A DNA stretch of 32,000 nucleotides from Candidatus Methanoperedens sp. (GTDB lineage Archaea > Halobacteriota > Methanosarcinia > Methanosarcinales > Methanoperedenaceae), in the NCBI GenBank assembly GCA_027460535.1, contig JAPZAR010000011.1:90001-122000 (forward strand), written 5' to 3'. Below are positions 1-9,170 of this stretch, in pieces. The notes under the pieces are model-generated. The model did not search any database and was not told the DNA's origin. It was given only the letters and a program-made list of their open reading frames with translations. Both the position numbers and the translations under genes were made by a program. How positions within the stretch are numbered: the stretch's first letter is position 1; each line of letters starts with the position of its first letter.

Positions 1-1
1 A

Positions 2-754
2 GAAAAGATCCTTCCAGAAGAGTCCAGCGTCAAGCGGCTCGTCGTGGGCGGTGAAAGTTTCGCGGATGAATCGCGCGCCTATCTTGCCGAACTATGGGGA
101 TGCGATGTCTACAACACCTATGGAAGCACCGAGGGAACAATGTGCGGAGAGTGCACTGACGTCAGCGGGCTACATGTTCCAGAGGACCTTGTGCATCTGG
201 ATATCTACGATCCCGGGTTGAGCGGCTTCGTGCGAGATGGGGAATGCGGAAGGGTGGTTCTGACAACGCTCCTACCAGTTGGGGGAAAGTGCGGAAGCCT
301 CCTTCTCAATTACGACACCGAGGATACCTCCGCTGTCGTTACGAGAGAAAGATGCCCCTGCGGCAGGACCCACATGAAGATCACGAATCCGCAGCGAGAA
401 TCCGAGACCTGCTGGGTGGCAGGGACGCCCTTCAACCGGGTGGATGTGGAACGAGGGGTTTTCCAGCGCGAGAACATGGAATACCTTACTGGTGAATACG
501 AGGCTTTCCTCTACGGAGGGGAAGATGAGGGAGAGATCATAATGAGATTGAGCGTTGAATGCTTTGACCCGGAAAAGTGTGACAGGGCGCTTGTGGAAGA
601 GAATTTCTTGAAGGCTTTTTTCAAATTTAAGCCGCAGCTTGCACAAGCCCACAGTGAGGGAATGTTCAAGATGGTCTTCAACTTCGCAGGGCCTAAAGAC
701 CTTGAACTGCATCGCATCAAGGGAAGACCCAGGCGCCTCGTGGATAGAAGATAG
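2..754 (+). CDS. Acyl-adenylate-forming ligase, phenylacetate-CoA ligase / coenzyme F390 synthetase family (C-terminal portion; 5' end outside window)
   Basis: The frame is open from base 2: EKILPEESSVKRLVVGGESF precedes the first Met of the 44..754 track ORF. VVGGE and YGSTEG motifs plus a C-terminal lid-domain pattern are typical of PaaK/F390-synthetase ligases. Stop at 752-754. Confidence 0.7.
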   Translation, partial: EKILPEESSVKRLVVGGESFADESRAYLAELWGCDVYNTYGSTEGTMCGECTDVSGLHVPEDLVHLDIYDPGLSGFVRDGECGRVVLTTLLPVGGKCGSLLLNYDTEDTSAVVTRERCPCGRTHMKITNPQRESETCWVAGTPFNRVDVERGVFQRENMEYLTGEYEAFLYGGEDEGEIIMRLSVECFDPEKCDRALVEENFLKAFFKFKPQLAQAHSEGMFKMVFNFAGPKDLELHRIKGRPRRLVDRR

Positions 755-766
755 AGGTTTGAAAGT

Positions 767-1252
767 ATGGACAGAAGAAACGTGATCGATATCGCAAAGT
801 TAATAATGAGCATAGCGATTTGTCTTTTCGCAGGATTCATTGGCTCGGTTTTTACAATTCCCTCAATAACTACCTGGTATGCATCCCTGCAAAAACCATC
901 TTTCAACCCACCGAACTGGGTTTTTGCTCCCGTGTGGACCATTCTTTTTGTATTGATGGGGATATCACTTTTTCTTGTGTGGAAGAGATGGCCGAATAAG
1001 GAAGTAAAAACCTCGCTCTCCATATTTAGTATCCAGCTTGTTTTGAATGTACTCTGGTCGCTTCTGTTCTTTGAGCTTCACTCTCCATTCTATGCTTTCG
1101 TGGATATCGTTATACTCTGGGCAGCGATCGCGCTTACAATATATTATTTTTCAAAGGTTTCCAGGACTGCGGGATTATTGCTCCTGCCCTACATTATCTG
1201 GGTAAGTTTTGCTGCGATTCTTAATTTCTACATAATGAGGCTCAATCCATGA
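767..1252 (+). CDS. tspO: TspO/MBR family tryptophan-rich sensory protein
   Basis: 161 aa and multi-TM. Trp-rich motifs PPNWVFAPVWTILFVLMG, LNVLWSLLFF and PYIIWVSFAAILN are characteristic of TspO. Confidence 0.85.
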   Translation: MDRRNVIDIAKLIMSIAICLFAGFIGSVFTIPSITTWYASLQKPSFNPPNWVFAPVWTILFVLMGISLFLVWKRWPNKEVKTSLSIFSIQLVLNVLWSLLFFELHSPFYAFVDIVILWAAIALTIYYFSKVSRTAGLLLLPYIIWVSFAAILNFYIMRLNP

Positions 1253-1426
1253 GTACCCCAAAGAAAGGGCTATTTGCACGTATTTGTTGGGGCGGGAACA
1301 ATCACAACAAGCGGCAGGTTTAAAGGGATGAGTCCATGCGAGATGAATCTGCTGACTAAATTTTGCAGATATTCCATCAGGAAAGTTCTTGGAATGGTGG
1401 TACAATAGGGCGTAAAGAGGAGCCTG

Positions 1427-1807
1427 ATGGAATATCTTACAGCAAATAAAATAATAGAAATTCACGACGAACTCATAAAAGAATACGGTGGAACCGATGG
1501 AATACGTGATAATGGGACGCTGGAATTATTGGTCTATAAGGTGAACCGTGAAAATACTATTTTCAAGAGAGCAGCTTTGATTTTACACACGATTACTGCG
1601 CAGCATCCATTTTTCGATGGGAATAAGAGGACAGCATTAGTTACTGCCGAAAAAGTACTTGATGATGAGGGATATTATCTGGAGGCAGAAGCCGAAGAGA
1701 AAGTCGGCTTTATGCAAAATATCGCTGAATACAAGATCTCTATCAAAACGATAGAAAAATGGATTAAAGAAAAGGCGAAGAAGATTACATCTCGGCTAAC
1801 ATTCTGA
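1427..1807 (+). CDS. doc: Fic/Doc family toxin (death-on-curing-like)
   Basis: 126 aa with the Doc-type active-site motif HPFFDGNKRTA. A GAGGAG Shine-Dalgarno-like sequence (1417-1422) lies 4 nt upstream of the ATG. Confidence 0.85.
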   Translation: MEYLTANKIIEIHDELIKEYGGTDGIRDNGTLELLVYKVNRENTIFKRAALILHTITAQHPFFDGNKRTALVTAEKVLDDEGYYLEAEAEEKVGFMQNIAEYKISIKTIEKWIKEKAKKITSRLTF

Positions 1808-1937
1808 GGACTTTATCGTTCCTGAACATTATTTTTTTCACAGTTTGCTTTTCTTCTGGGGATAATCCCAATTCCCTTTCTGCGACTAATGGGTGGGTTG
1901 GTGCTTCAAGAGGTTCTTTCTTCAGACATTTTACCAT
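1785..1937 (-). CDS. Hypothetical 50-aa ORF convergent with and overlapping the 3' end of doc
   Basis: Hand translation gives ATG (1937) MVKCLKKEPLEAPTHPLVAERELGLSPEEKQTVKKIMFRNDKVLRMLAEM TAA (1785). It is below the track's length cutoff. I recognise no family and see no clear RBS. Confidence 0.2.
   Translation of the reverse strand: MVKCLKKEPLEAPTHPLVAERELGLSPEEKQTVKKIMFRNDKVLRMLAEM
1828..1840 (+). terminator. Oligo-T tract downstream of doc (putative archaeal terminator)
   Basis: A T7 run at 1832-1838 begins 25 nt after the doc stop codon. Archaeal RNA polymerase terminates at oligo-T. Confidence 0.35.
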
Positions 1938-2019
1938 TTTGGTTCATTTGGCTATCTTTGTATTTAAGACATGCTTATCTATTTTTAGATATTATCTCTT
2001 TTTTGGAACTGTAAAAAAG

Positions 2020-2130
2020 TTTGGTGTTGAGCAAACCCTTTGCGTACTTTGCGCCCTCTACGGTGAAAAATCCTGCACCGCAAAGCACGCAAAGAGCGCA
2101 AAGTTACTTTATACGAGATTTAACACCAAA
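2020..2130. repeat. Palindromic MITE/REP-like element (nested inverted repeats built from CTTTGCG heptamers)
   Basis: A perfect 9-bp outer inverted repeat: TTTGGTGTT (2020-2028) and AACACCAAA (2122-2130). The inner arms are 2038-2059 and 2080-2103. CTTTGCG occurs twice at 9-nt spacing on the left arm, and CGCAAAG twice at 9-nt spacing on the right arm, around a roughly 20-nt loop. Confidence 0.55.
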
Positions 2131-2159
2131 AGATTTTACACACATTCTTTTTTTATCGA

Positions 2160-2444
2160 TTACGGCAAATTCCCTTCCCCGCTCAACTCATGCTGCCGCT
2201 CGATGTTCATCATTATCAATATCTCAAAAATCCTCTTTACCTCTTCGCCGTCCAGCCCCACCTCGGTCGCCGCGTTCGCCACCCTGTCCAGTACGATTTT
2301 GTTCTGCTCATTATCATTAATGGGCATTCCAATGGCTTTCTTGGCCTCAAGTACATCTGTGGCAAGTGCCGTCCTCTGCTCAATGAGGCGGAGTATCTGA
2401 TTATCCAGTTTCTCTATCTTTGCCCTTACCTCTTTTAACGGCAT
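2160..2444 (-). CDS. Chorismate mutase (AroQ class)
   Basis: 94 aa. The helical AroQ pattern is present (LDNQILRLIEQRTALATDVLEAKK...NKIVLDRV...IFEILI). It overlaps the upstream shikimate kinase gene by 10 nt. Confidence 0.85.
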   Translation of the reverse strand: MPLKEVRAKIEKLDNQILRLIEQRTALATDVLEAKKAIGMPINDNEQNKIVLDRVANAATEVGLDGEEVKRIFEILIMMNIERQHELSGEGNLP

Positions 2445-3286
2445 ATCTTCCCACCCGCATTATTTACCTTAGTCCTTATCACTTTTCCGCCTGTACGCGA
2501 CCACACGGGCTCGAGTTTATCAAGGAGCTTCGGGGTTCCAAGCGCCGCATAAGCAGGCCCCGTACCCGAGAGGCTCACGCCCTCGATGCCCACTTCGAGC
2601 GCCGCAAACATTGGCTCCGTGCTGAAGCCGAGAGCTGCGCAGTACAGGAAACCGTTAAGCGTCATGGCCTTCTCGTAATCCCCCGCAACGGCTTCTTCAT
2701 ATGCAAGCTCCACCCAGCGTCCCACGAGCCTTGAACGCGCCACGTTTGTTGCAGAGCTGTATGCCTTCTTTTCAGGAGCGAGAATAAGCACCTCTGAATC
2801 GCGCTCCGATCTGCTGATAAGCTCCTTATTTTTGTTATCCGTAATAACGAACCCGCCAAGCATGGAGGCGCAGGCATCGTCGAACGCGCCCGTGATCGTT
2901 ACTTTTGCATCAAGCGCACCCTGAACGCCTATTTTTATCGCCTCGAGTGGTTCAAGCGATTCACCCAGCGCATCAAGAGTGGCAAGCACGGCGGCATTTG
3001 CAGCGGCGCTTGAGCTCTTAAGCCCGCTTGCTATTGGTATCTGACTTTTTGTCGCAACCTTTGCACCGGATTTTGAGCCAAAGCGGAAAAGGGTAAGTTC
3101 AACGCAGCGTTCGATAAGAGTGGTGTCCCCACCTTCCTCCATATAGCCCTGTATTTTTCCGGAATCTGTGAGTGTGACTTCCGCTTCTGTCCGCAAATCA
3201 ATCCCGAATGCTGCTCCTTTCCATGTTGCGATCGCATTGATTATCGTTCCTGCTCCGCAGGCGTATGCGTATCCTGACTGTTTCAT
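2435..3286 (-). CDS. aroK: Shikimate kinase, archaeal GHMP-kinase type
   Basis: 283 aa. The N-terminus ACGAGTIINAIATWKGAAFGIDL and the GHMP motif PIASGLKSSSAAANA match archaeal-type shikimate kinases. It overlaps the sepS stop by 4 nt. Confidence 0.85.
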   Translation of the reverse strand: MKQSGYAYACGAGTIINAIATWKGAAFGIDLRTEAEVTLTDSGKIQGYMEEGGDTTLIERCVELTLFRFGSKSGAKVATKSQIPIASGLKSSSAAANAAVLATLDALGESLEPLEAIKIGVQGALDAKVTITGAFDDACASMLGGFVITDNKNKELISRSERDSEVLILAPEKKAYSSATNVARSRLVGRWVELAYEEAVAGDYEKAMTLNGFLYCAALGFSTEPMFAALEVGIEGVSLSGTGPAYAALGTPKLLDKLEPVWSRTGGKVIRTKVNNAGGKICR

Positions 3287-4896
3287 AATATTTCCATTCT
3301 CACTGTTGTGAAAACAGGTCCTCTTGTATCTATCTTTTTCTTCATCCCCGTAATATACCTCTGCACTATCGGGTCTGTCCTGATATTTATCTCAGAAGGT
3401 ACCTTGATGATTCTCACACGGGTCTCTGAAGGGCTGCCTTTTTGCACGGCATCCTCTATCTCCTTCGCGCACCTCGCTGCAAATGCATCGATATACCTGA
3501 TGCCCGTTGTAACGCCATTGTTAAATGCATCATCCCATCTTGAAGTTCTCGGCAACCCCAGGATGTCGTTCTTATAAGAGATGATCTCATTCATAGCTGC
3601 CGGGCCGCAGAGCTTGGTATTCTCCTCCGGCTCAACGACTTTTACCCTGATATTCCTTTCAAGCAATTGTCCTTCCCATGCAGTGAATTCACACGGGCTC
3701 GGGGTATTTCCATATTGCTCGCATGTCCTGACGATAGCGGCCTGTATCTCTTTCCCGGTCTCTGTCACAGGCGCATCCTCCACATATATCATGGAGGCAA
3801 TCTCGCTATCTGGCATCACCCATCCGGTCTTATACTGGAACTGTGGATACGTCAGGGCTCGGACATCCATTGAATCGTGCAGTATCATTGCAAGGCGCTC
3901 GACTCCCATACCCAGGTTCATCACGGGGCAGGGGATATTGTACTGCGAGAGAGCAGAAGGTGAATATATCCCAAACGTCGCCACCTCCACCCAGCCGTCC
4001 TTGTACTTTGTCTTTGAACCCACAAGCCTCGGGTGAAAGGCAAAGACCTCGGTCTGAGTGTCAGAGACATAATACTTGCTCCTCTTTTCATCAGGCCTGA
4101 ACCTGAAATTGGAGAATCCAAATTGGCTGAGAAGCCCTGCAGCGACCGCCTTCCCATCATCAACGCTCACATTATCATTCATTATAATGCAGGATGCGGA
4201 ATAATAAGCCATAAGACGCGTGGCATCCTCTGCCTGCTCCCGGCGGAAGCACCTGTCTACGGAAAAGAGCTTCAGGGGAGTACTTCGGTAATCGCACATC
4301 TCTCCAAGGCTGATGAACCAACCTGAGGTCATGTGGCTGCGAAGCGTATTCTGCGAACTGACAGGTACAAGCGACTTGAACTCCGGGAATACATGGTCGA
4401 TCATAACAGCAACTTTGGAATCCGGGACTTTCAATTCTTTCGCCATTTCCGGCACGAGGTCATCCCCTTCTATCTCACCTTTCTTGTAGGAATGAAGTAT
4501 CTGTCTTATCGTTTCCACACCTTCCTCATTCAAGTCCCCAAGGATTTTTTTTATCTCTTCTATCCTTTCATCCGAAATCCCCACATTGGGTCTCGGGAGG
4601 CCGCCAATGTAGAAACAGCGATCCAGGACTGCCAGTGCTTCATAGCCGAATTGCTTGTGGATCTCCCTGTCCTCTACAATGATGGGGTTCATGAACTCTT
4701 CAAAACCAAGGCGCATATATGCGTCGCGGAGGCGCTGGATCGTATCGAAAACTGGATGGGGCTTCCCATATTTCAGAGAAGCACGGGGATATTTTTCATT
4801 GATTCCCGGATTGGAGACATATTTTTTCCCTTCGTTCCATGCAGCGTCAAAATCTTTCTTTGTTGCTTCTTTGATTTCATCGGGATTAAATCTCAT
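3283..4896 (-). CDS. sepS: O-phosphoseryl-tRNA(Cys) synthetase (SepRS)
   Basis: 537 aa. The length and sequence (MRFNPDEIKE...HPVFDTIQRLRDAYMRLGFEE...FSVDRCFRREQ...MNLGMGVERLAMI) match the class II PheRS-alpha-like SepRS of methanogens and Archaeoglobi. Confidence 0.9.
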   Translation of the reverse strand: MRFNPDEIKEATKKDFDAAWNEGKKYVSNPGINEKYPRASLKYGKPHPVFDTIQRLRDAYMRLGFEEFMNPIIVEDREIHKQFGYEALAVLDRCFYIGGLPRPNVGISDERIEEIKKILGDLNEEGVETIRQILHSYKKGEIEGDDLVPEMAKELKVPDSKVAVMIDHVFPEFKSLVPVSSQNTLRSHMTSGWFISLGEMCDYRSTPLKLFSVDRCFRREQAEDATRLMAYYSASCIIMNDNVSVDDGKAVAAGLLSQFGFSNFRFRPDEKRSKYYVSDTQTEVFAFHPRLVGSKTKYKDGWVEVATFGIYSPSALSQYNIPCPVMNLGMGVERLAMILHDSMDVRALTYPQFQYKTGWVMPDSEIASMIYVEDAPVTETGKEIQAAIVRTCEQYGNTPSPCEFTAWEGQLLERNIRVKVVEPEENTKLCGPAAMNEIISYKNDILGLPRTSRWDDAFNNGVTTGIRYIDAFAARCAKEIEDAVQKGSPSETRVRIIKVPSEINIRTDPIVQRYITGMKKKIDTRGPVFTTVRMEIL

Positions 4897-4917
4897 GAGT
4901 CTGTTTTTCTCCTGTGA

Positions 4918-6012
4918 TCATCCAATATATGAAGTTCTTATGAACCCGCCTCTCATCATCTGGTCAGCGATTACAAGCGCCACCATGGCTTCAGCTACAG
5001 GAACAATGCGCGGCGGGATTGCGGGGTCATGCCTACCCTGGATCTTTATTTTAGTCTCTTCCATCGTGTCTAAATTGATAGTACTCTGCTCTCTTGAGAT
5101 CGAAGGAGTGGGTTTCACTGCAATCCTGCATACTATCGGCTCACCGTTGCTGATCCCACCGAGGACCCCTCCTGCATTATTGGTGATTGACTTCGGTTTT
5201 TCATCGCATAATTTAATCGGGTCATTCACCTGGCTTCCCCTCATATATGCCGATCTGAAACCAGCCCCGATCTCAATGCCCTTCACAGAGCCGATGCTCA
5301 TCAATGCCTTTGCAAGCTCGGCGCTGAGCTTATCGAATACAGGTTCTCCTACACCACCTGGAACTCCAAGGACGATTATCTCCACTATACCTCCCACACT
5401 GTCACCTTCACTGCGTGCGGCATGGATCATGGCCTGCATTTCCACCGCCGTCTCAGGGTCTGCACACCTCACTGGGTTTTTTTCCGTGTTTTCACGGATA
5501 TCTTCAATTGTCATTTCCTTTGCCCGGATACCACCTAGTTCCACAACATGACCCAGTACCTCAGTACCGTGAAGAGCGAGGATTTTCTTTGCAATCGCGC
5601 CCCCTGCCACGCGTCCGATCGTTTCGCGCGCCGAGGAGCGGCCGCCCCCTCTGTAATCCCGGAATCCGTATTTCAACTCGTACGTCAGATCAGCATGCCC
5701 CGGGCGTGGAGTATTTCGAAGCTCTTCATATTTGCCTGAATCGACATCCCTGTTTTCGACCATTATGGATATGGGTGCACCTGTTGTCTTTCCTGAAAAC
5801 ACCCCGGACAGGATCTTGGCCCTGTCTTCTTCTTTTCTTTGAGTGGTAATGGTGCTTTGCCCTGGTCTGCGCCGGTCTAACTCCTTCTGGATGTCTGTTT
5901 CTTCCAGTGGAAGACCCGCGGGACAGCCATCTATCACTACCCCTACGCCGCAGCCGTGGCTCTCGCCCCAGGTAGTTATCCGGAACAGCGTGCCAAAGGT
6001 ATTTCCAGACAT
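4918..6012 (-). CDS. aroC: Chorismate synthase
   Basis: 364 aa. Signature regions GESHG, RRPGQS and GRHDP are present, and the whole length resembles AroC. Confidence 0.95.
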   Translation of the reverse strand: MSGNTFGTLFRITTWGESHGCGVGVVIDGCPAGLPLEETDIQKELDRRRPGQSTITTQRKEEDRAKILSGVFSGKTTGAPISIMVENRDVDSGKYEELRNTPRPGHADLTYELKYGFRDYRGGGRSSARETIGRVAGGAIAKKILALHGTEVLGHVVELGGIRAKEMTIEDIRENTEKNPVRCADPETAVEMQAMIHAARSEGDSVGGIVEIIVLGVPGGVGEPVFDKLSAELAKALMSIGSVKGIEIGAGFRSAYMRGSQVNDPIKLCDEKPKSITNNAGGVLGGISNGEPIVCRIAVKPTPSISREQSTINLDTMEETKIKIQGRHDPAIPPRIVPVAEAMVALVIADQMMRGGFIRTSYIG

Positions 6013-6063
6013 GAACCTTAATTAAGTTTGATTGATTATATAAGTGCTTGGAATATTACAATT

Positions 6064-6270
6064 ATGATTGACATATTTGTTGATCCTGAAAAATGCACGG
6101 GATGCGGGGAATGTATCAGGGTTTGCCCGAAAGGGCCGAGGATATACAGGATCGTGGAGAAAAACGGGAGAAAGGTAGCGCAAGTGCTGGATAAGAGTTT
6201 CTGTATCGGGTGCACGAACTGCGTGATGGCATGCAAGCCGAAGGCGATACGACTGGAGCGCCACTTTTGA
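6064..6270 (+). CDS. 2x[4Fe-4S] ferredoxin-type protein
   Basis: Two cluster motifs: CTGCGECIRVCP and CIGCTNCVMACKP. I prefer ATG 6064 over the track's TTG at 6028, which would add a non-conserved leader. Confidence 0.8.
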   Translation: MIDIFVDPEKCTGCGECIRVCPKGPRIYRIVEKNGRKVAQVLDKSFCIGCTNCVMACKPKAIRLERHF

Positions 6271-6271
6271 T

Positions 6272-6286
6272 AAAAAAAAATATATT
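6272..6286 (-). terminator. Oligo-T terminator after thiDN
   Basis: A9 on the plus strand (6272-6280) reads as T9 on the minus strand, starting 6 nt after the thiDN TAA stop (6287-6289). Confidence 0.4.
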
Positions 6287-7606
6287 TTAGCGTTTCATCA
6301 TTGCGCGGGCTATCTCTATTGCCTTTCCCGCAACTTCCATTGCATCCTTCCCCAGAAGTCTTATCATCGCCTCCTTCCCCACGCCCCCTGTATCATAAAT
6401 AACATCAGGAACCCTTCCCGCACCCTTTATAGCCCTTGCCACACCCCATTCCATTGTGGAAACATCCGAAGGCTCATCCTTTCTCGAAAACGAAGCCACG
6501 TTCAGACCGAGTTCCTTGCAAGTAGAAAGCGCCTCCTCTGAATACCGCACATTCATCACAGCCCTGATCGAACTATCATGCTGCATCACAGTCAGTACGA
6601 TCCGGGCAACGTGGCTGCTGGCGCCGAAAGATACACAACCCACAGCATGCGGCGCTCCTTTTAATCTGACGATCCTTCCCGGAACAGCAGCAACATCTGA
6701 AATAGAAGAAGCATTTGGGATCCCCATGGCGATATTACACCCCACCTCAGGTATGAGTTCTGAAAAAGCCTTATTGTTTTCGATCATATCGACGGCTTTC
6801 TCCACGTCCTTTAGAACACGGTATCTTTCAGCATCTGCAAGCGTATATCCTAACTGGTTCACAGGTGCAGCGCCACCGCCTATTTTGATGCCTGCAAGTA
6901 TCGCATGTTCCACGAATTTCTTGGCGCGTTGCGCTGCATCAATAAGAGGAGTTCCTTTAGCAAGTTCTGCCGTGAGCGCGGCCGAGTGCGTGCATCCTGA
7001 GCCATGAGTGCCGCCTTTCAATAGCTTTCCCTCTATATATGTGGCTTCACCGTCATAAAAAACATCAGTTCCCTCAAGATGCCCTCCAGTTACGATTACT
7101 GCACTTGCACCCATTTCGTGAATTTTCTTAGCCGCCATTTTGGCATCCTTAATATCTTTTATTTTCACACCTGAAAGTCTCTCAGCTTCGACTATGTTTG
7201 GCGTTACCACCCTCGCAAGAGGCAGGAGTTCTTCGACTAAAACACCGATGGCCTCATCCTGCAGGAGCTTTCCACCTGCCTCTGCTGCCATCACAGGGTC
7301 GATGACTAGAGGAAGCTTTTCCCTTTTTATCAGTCCTGCCACAGTCCTGACAATCTCCGGAGATGAAAGCATCCCTGTTTTGACGTAATCTATCCTGATA
7401 TCGCTCACTATGGCATCGAATTGCTCTTCTATGAATTCCACCGGGAGGTCAAAGGAATCCAGAACACCTTTTGTATTCTGCGCCGTAACCGAGGTTATTA
7501 CACAGGTTCCGTGGACTCCAAGAGCCGCGAAAGTCTTTATATCCGCGGTTATGCCGGCGCCTCCGCCAGAATCAACACCTGCTATGGTCATTGCTGTTGG
7601 CATCAT
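6287..7606 (-). CDS. thiDN: Bifunctional hydroxymethylpyrimidine/phosphomethylpyrimidine kinase (ThiD) fused to ThiN-type thiamine-phosphate synthase
   Basis: The N-terminal half has the ThiD pattern ([20 protein letters not shown]...VTGGH...GSGCTHSAA). The C-terminal roughly 180 aa is ThiN-like. The likely start is [10 protein letters not shown] (7606 or 7603). The 7699 start in the track would overlap the divergent gene. Confidence 0.85.
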   Translation of the reverse strand: MMPTAMTIAGVDSGGGAGITADIKTFAALGVHGTCVITSVTAQNTKGVLDSFDLPVEFIEEQFDAIVSDIRIDYVKTGMLSSPEIVRTVAGLIKREKLPLVIDPVMAAEAGGKLLQDEAIGVLVEELLPLARVVTPNIVEAERLSGVKIKDIKDAKMAAKKIHEMGASAVIVTGGHLEGTDVFYDGEATYIEGKLLKGGTHGSGCTHSAALTAELAKGTPLIDAAQRAKKFVEHAILAGIKIGGGAAPVNQLGYTLADAERYRVLKDVEKAVDMIENNKAFSELIPEVGCNIAMGIPNASSISDVAAVPGRIVRLKGAPHAVGCVSFGASSHVARIVLTVMQHDSSIRAVMNVRYSEEALSTCKELGLNVASFSRKDEPSDVSTMEWGVARAIKGAGRVPDVIYDTGGVGKEAMIRLLGKDAMEVAGKAIEIARAMMKR

Positions 7607-7658
7607 GTAAAAATGGTCTGCATACATTATAATAGTTCCAGTTGAAATTAAGCGTCCT

Positions 7659-8276
7659 GTGGAACACATCAAGGCATGGAACAATGAGCATAAAAGCAAT
7701 TTATGGAAGGGGCATTACTCACTTGAGTTACTGGAGCCTTATAGTGAAAAGGGCCGATTGCTGGATGCAGGCTGCGGATGCGGCAAATACTCACAGCCCT
7801 TAAAGATGCGCGGATTTGAAGTGGTTGCAGTGGATGTATCCTCCTGTGCCCTGAAGACCGCAAGCAAGAGCAGCAGAGCACGGAAACTGGATATCGATTT
7901 TTTAGCCGCTAATATTTATGATCTGCCTTTTTCAGGTGGCTCTTTTGATATCATCTGGTGCTACGGGGTCCTGCAGCACCTGTTATTAAAAGAGCGAGAG
8001 GCGGCCATCTGCGAATTCAAGCGGCTCCTTCGAAGTGGAGGCCTTTTGTTCATCGAGGTCTTCGGGGTAGAGGATATGAGATACGGAGGGTGCGAGGTCG
8101 AACCCGGGACTTTTAAAAGAAAAAATGGTATCGTATATCATTATTTTGATAAACAGGAATTGACTGCTTTGCTCTTGGGTTTTGGCTGTGAAATAGTTGA
8201 ATCCATGAAAGAAAAACGATTCGATGGCAGGTTATTCACCCGGCACATGATCTCCGTTGTTGCAAAAAAATCATGA
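7659..8276 (+). CDS. Class I SAM-dependent methyltransferase
   Basis: Motif I LLDAGCGCGKYS, then a post-I acidic residue, LPFSGGSFDIIWCYGVLQHL and LLRSGGLLFIE. GTG start at 7659, with no in-frame ATG near the N-terminus. Confidence 0.8.
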   Translation: MEHIKAWNNEHKSNLWKGHYSLELLEPYSEKGRLLDAGCGCGKYSQPLKMRGFEVVAVDVSSCALKTASKSSRARKLDIDFLAANIYDLPFSGGSFDIIWCYGVLQHLLLKEREAAICEFKRLLRSGGLLFIEVFGVEDMRYGGCEVEPGTFKRKNGIVYHYFDKQELTALLLGFGCEIVESMKEKRFDGRLFTRHMISVVAKKS

Positions 8277-8334
8277 CTATAGAGCTAAAAGGGGCAGAAA
8301 AATATATACTTACATGTTGTATAATGTTCTCTAA

Positions 8335-8769
8335 ATGAAATCCACACTCGCAATTCTAACCATACTTGTATTTGCATCAATTATTCCATTTACAGAAGGA
8401 GCACAGGAAAACCGGTCCCTGGAAATTACTTCCCTCACAATCAAATTTGATAAGACCGATGCAACGTTCACAGTGAATTACGACATGGGGGATCTGCCGA
8501 AACTATATATTCTCCTTTTTGGAAGCAAGACCCTGGAACCAAATATGAGATCCGTATTCTCAAACTTTGATTATGAGATAGTAAAAATGGATCAGAATAA
8601 GGCCATATTGAAGGTGGAAAACATATCGCGATATGAAAAGGGATATTACTTACACGATTCCAGAAAGCTTGGAGAGAGAATAAACACATTGATCATATAC
8701 ACGCCCGACTCTCCCCGAACCCATGAGTTTTCCTCCATCGATTCAACACCCAATATATTTTACCGCTGA
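8335..8769 (+). CDS. Secreted hypothetical protein (signal peptide)
   Basis: The N-terminus MKSTLAILTILVFASIIPFTEGAQE looks like a Sec signal. I recognise no family. Confidence 0.5.
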   Translation: MKSTLAILTILVFASIIPFTEGAQENRSLEITSLTIKFDKTDATFTVNYDMGDLPKLYILLFGSKTLEPNMRSVFSNFDYEIVKMDQNKAILKVENISRYEKGYYLHDSRKLGERINTLIIYTPDSPRTHEFSSIDSTPNIFYR

Positions 8770-9170
8770 TGTTTCTTTTTCTTGAAAACGGACGGCAGAT
8801 GGACAATATAGGAGCCGTCTTCCTTAAGCGCCATTACGATTTCATCTCTTTCAAGAAGCGAATTAAGGTTCAATTCATATTGCCCTGGCGATAAAATCCT
8901 CACGGATTCCACGCGGTTCCCGATCTCCTGCGGTTTCGTTTTCGCCTCTTTTAATTCGGATTGCGCCGGTTTTCCCATAAGTTCATCGACTTCCCTGATG
9001 AACTTTGACGCCGCCGGGGGGATTGAACCCGCTTCAGTTACTGGCGAATCCTGTGTTTTCTCATCCTTCACATAGAGGAACTTGTTCCACCCGCATTTCG
9101 GGCATCCATTCAATATTATGGATGCCCCGTCCTTGAATATGCTTTCGCAACTGGTACACTTATGCGGCAT
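8760..9170 (-). CDS. Zn-ribbon protein of the conserved archaeal GTPase/DUF2073/Zn-ribbon module
   Basis: N-terminal CxxC...CxxC ribbon (CTSCESIF...CPKCGWNKF). Its start abuts the stop of the upstream gene at 9170. Confidence 0.65.
   Translation of the reverse strand: MPHKCTSCESIFKDGASIILNGCPKCGWNKFLYVKDEKTQDSPVTEAGSIPPAASKFIREVDELMGKPAQSELKEAKTKPQEIGNRVESVRILSPGQYELNLNSLLERDEIVMALKEDGSYIVHLPSVFKKKKHQR

Noticed and set aside
1939-2438. Plus-strand ORFs of 153, 99 and 82 aa
   Set aside because: They start with non-ATG codons in the non-coding spacer, run through the palindromic element and then run antisense to chorismate mutase. The composition is not protein-like.
4333-5551. 194-aa and 298-aa plus-strand ORFs (4333-4917, 4655-5551)
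   Set aside because: They are antisense shadow ORFs of sepS and aroC, both of which have unmistakable family signatures. The products are hydrophobic and Ser-rich with no recognisable domains.
6028-6063. TTG start extending the ferredoxin ORF by 12 codons
   Set aside because: The added residues (MIDYISAWNITI) are not ferredoxin-like. ATG 6064 lies directly before the first cluster motif.
8760-8769. Convergent 3'-end gene overlaps (also 23407-23429 and 31039-31046)
   Set aside because: Short convergent overlaps of stop-proximal codons are common in compact archaeal genomes. I see nothing that suggests regulatory antisense function beyond that.
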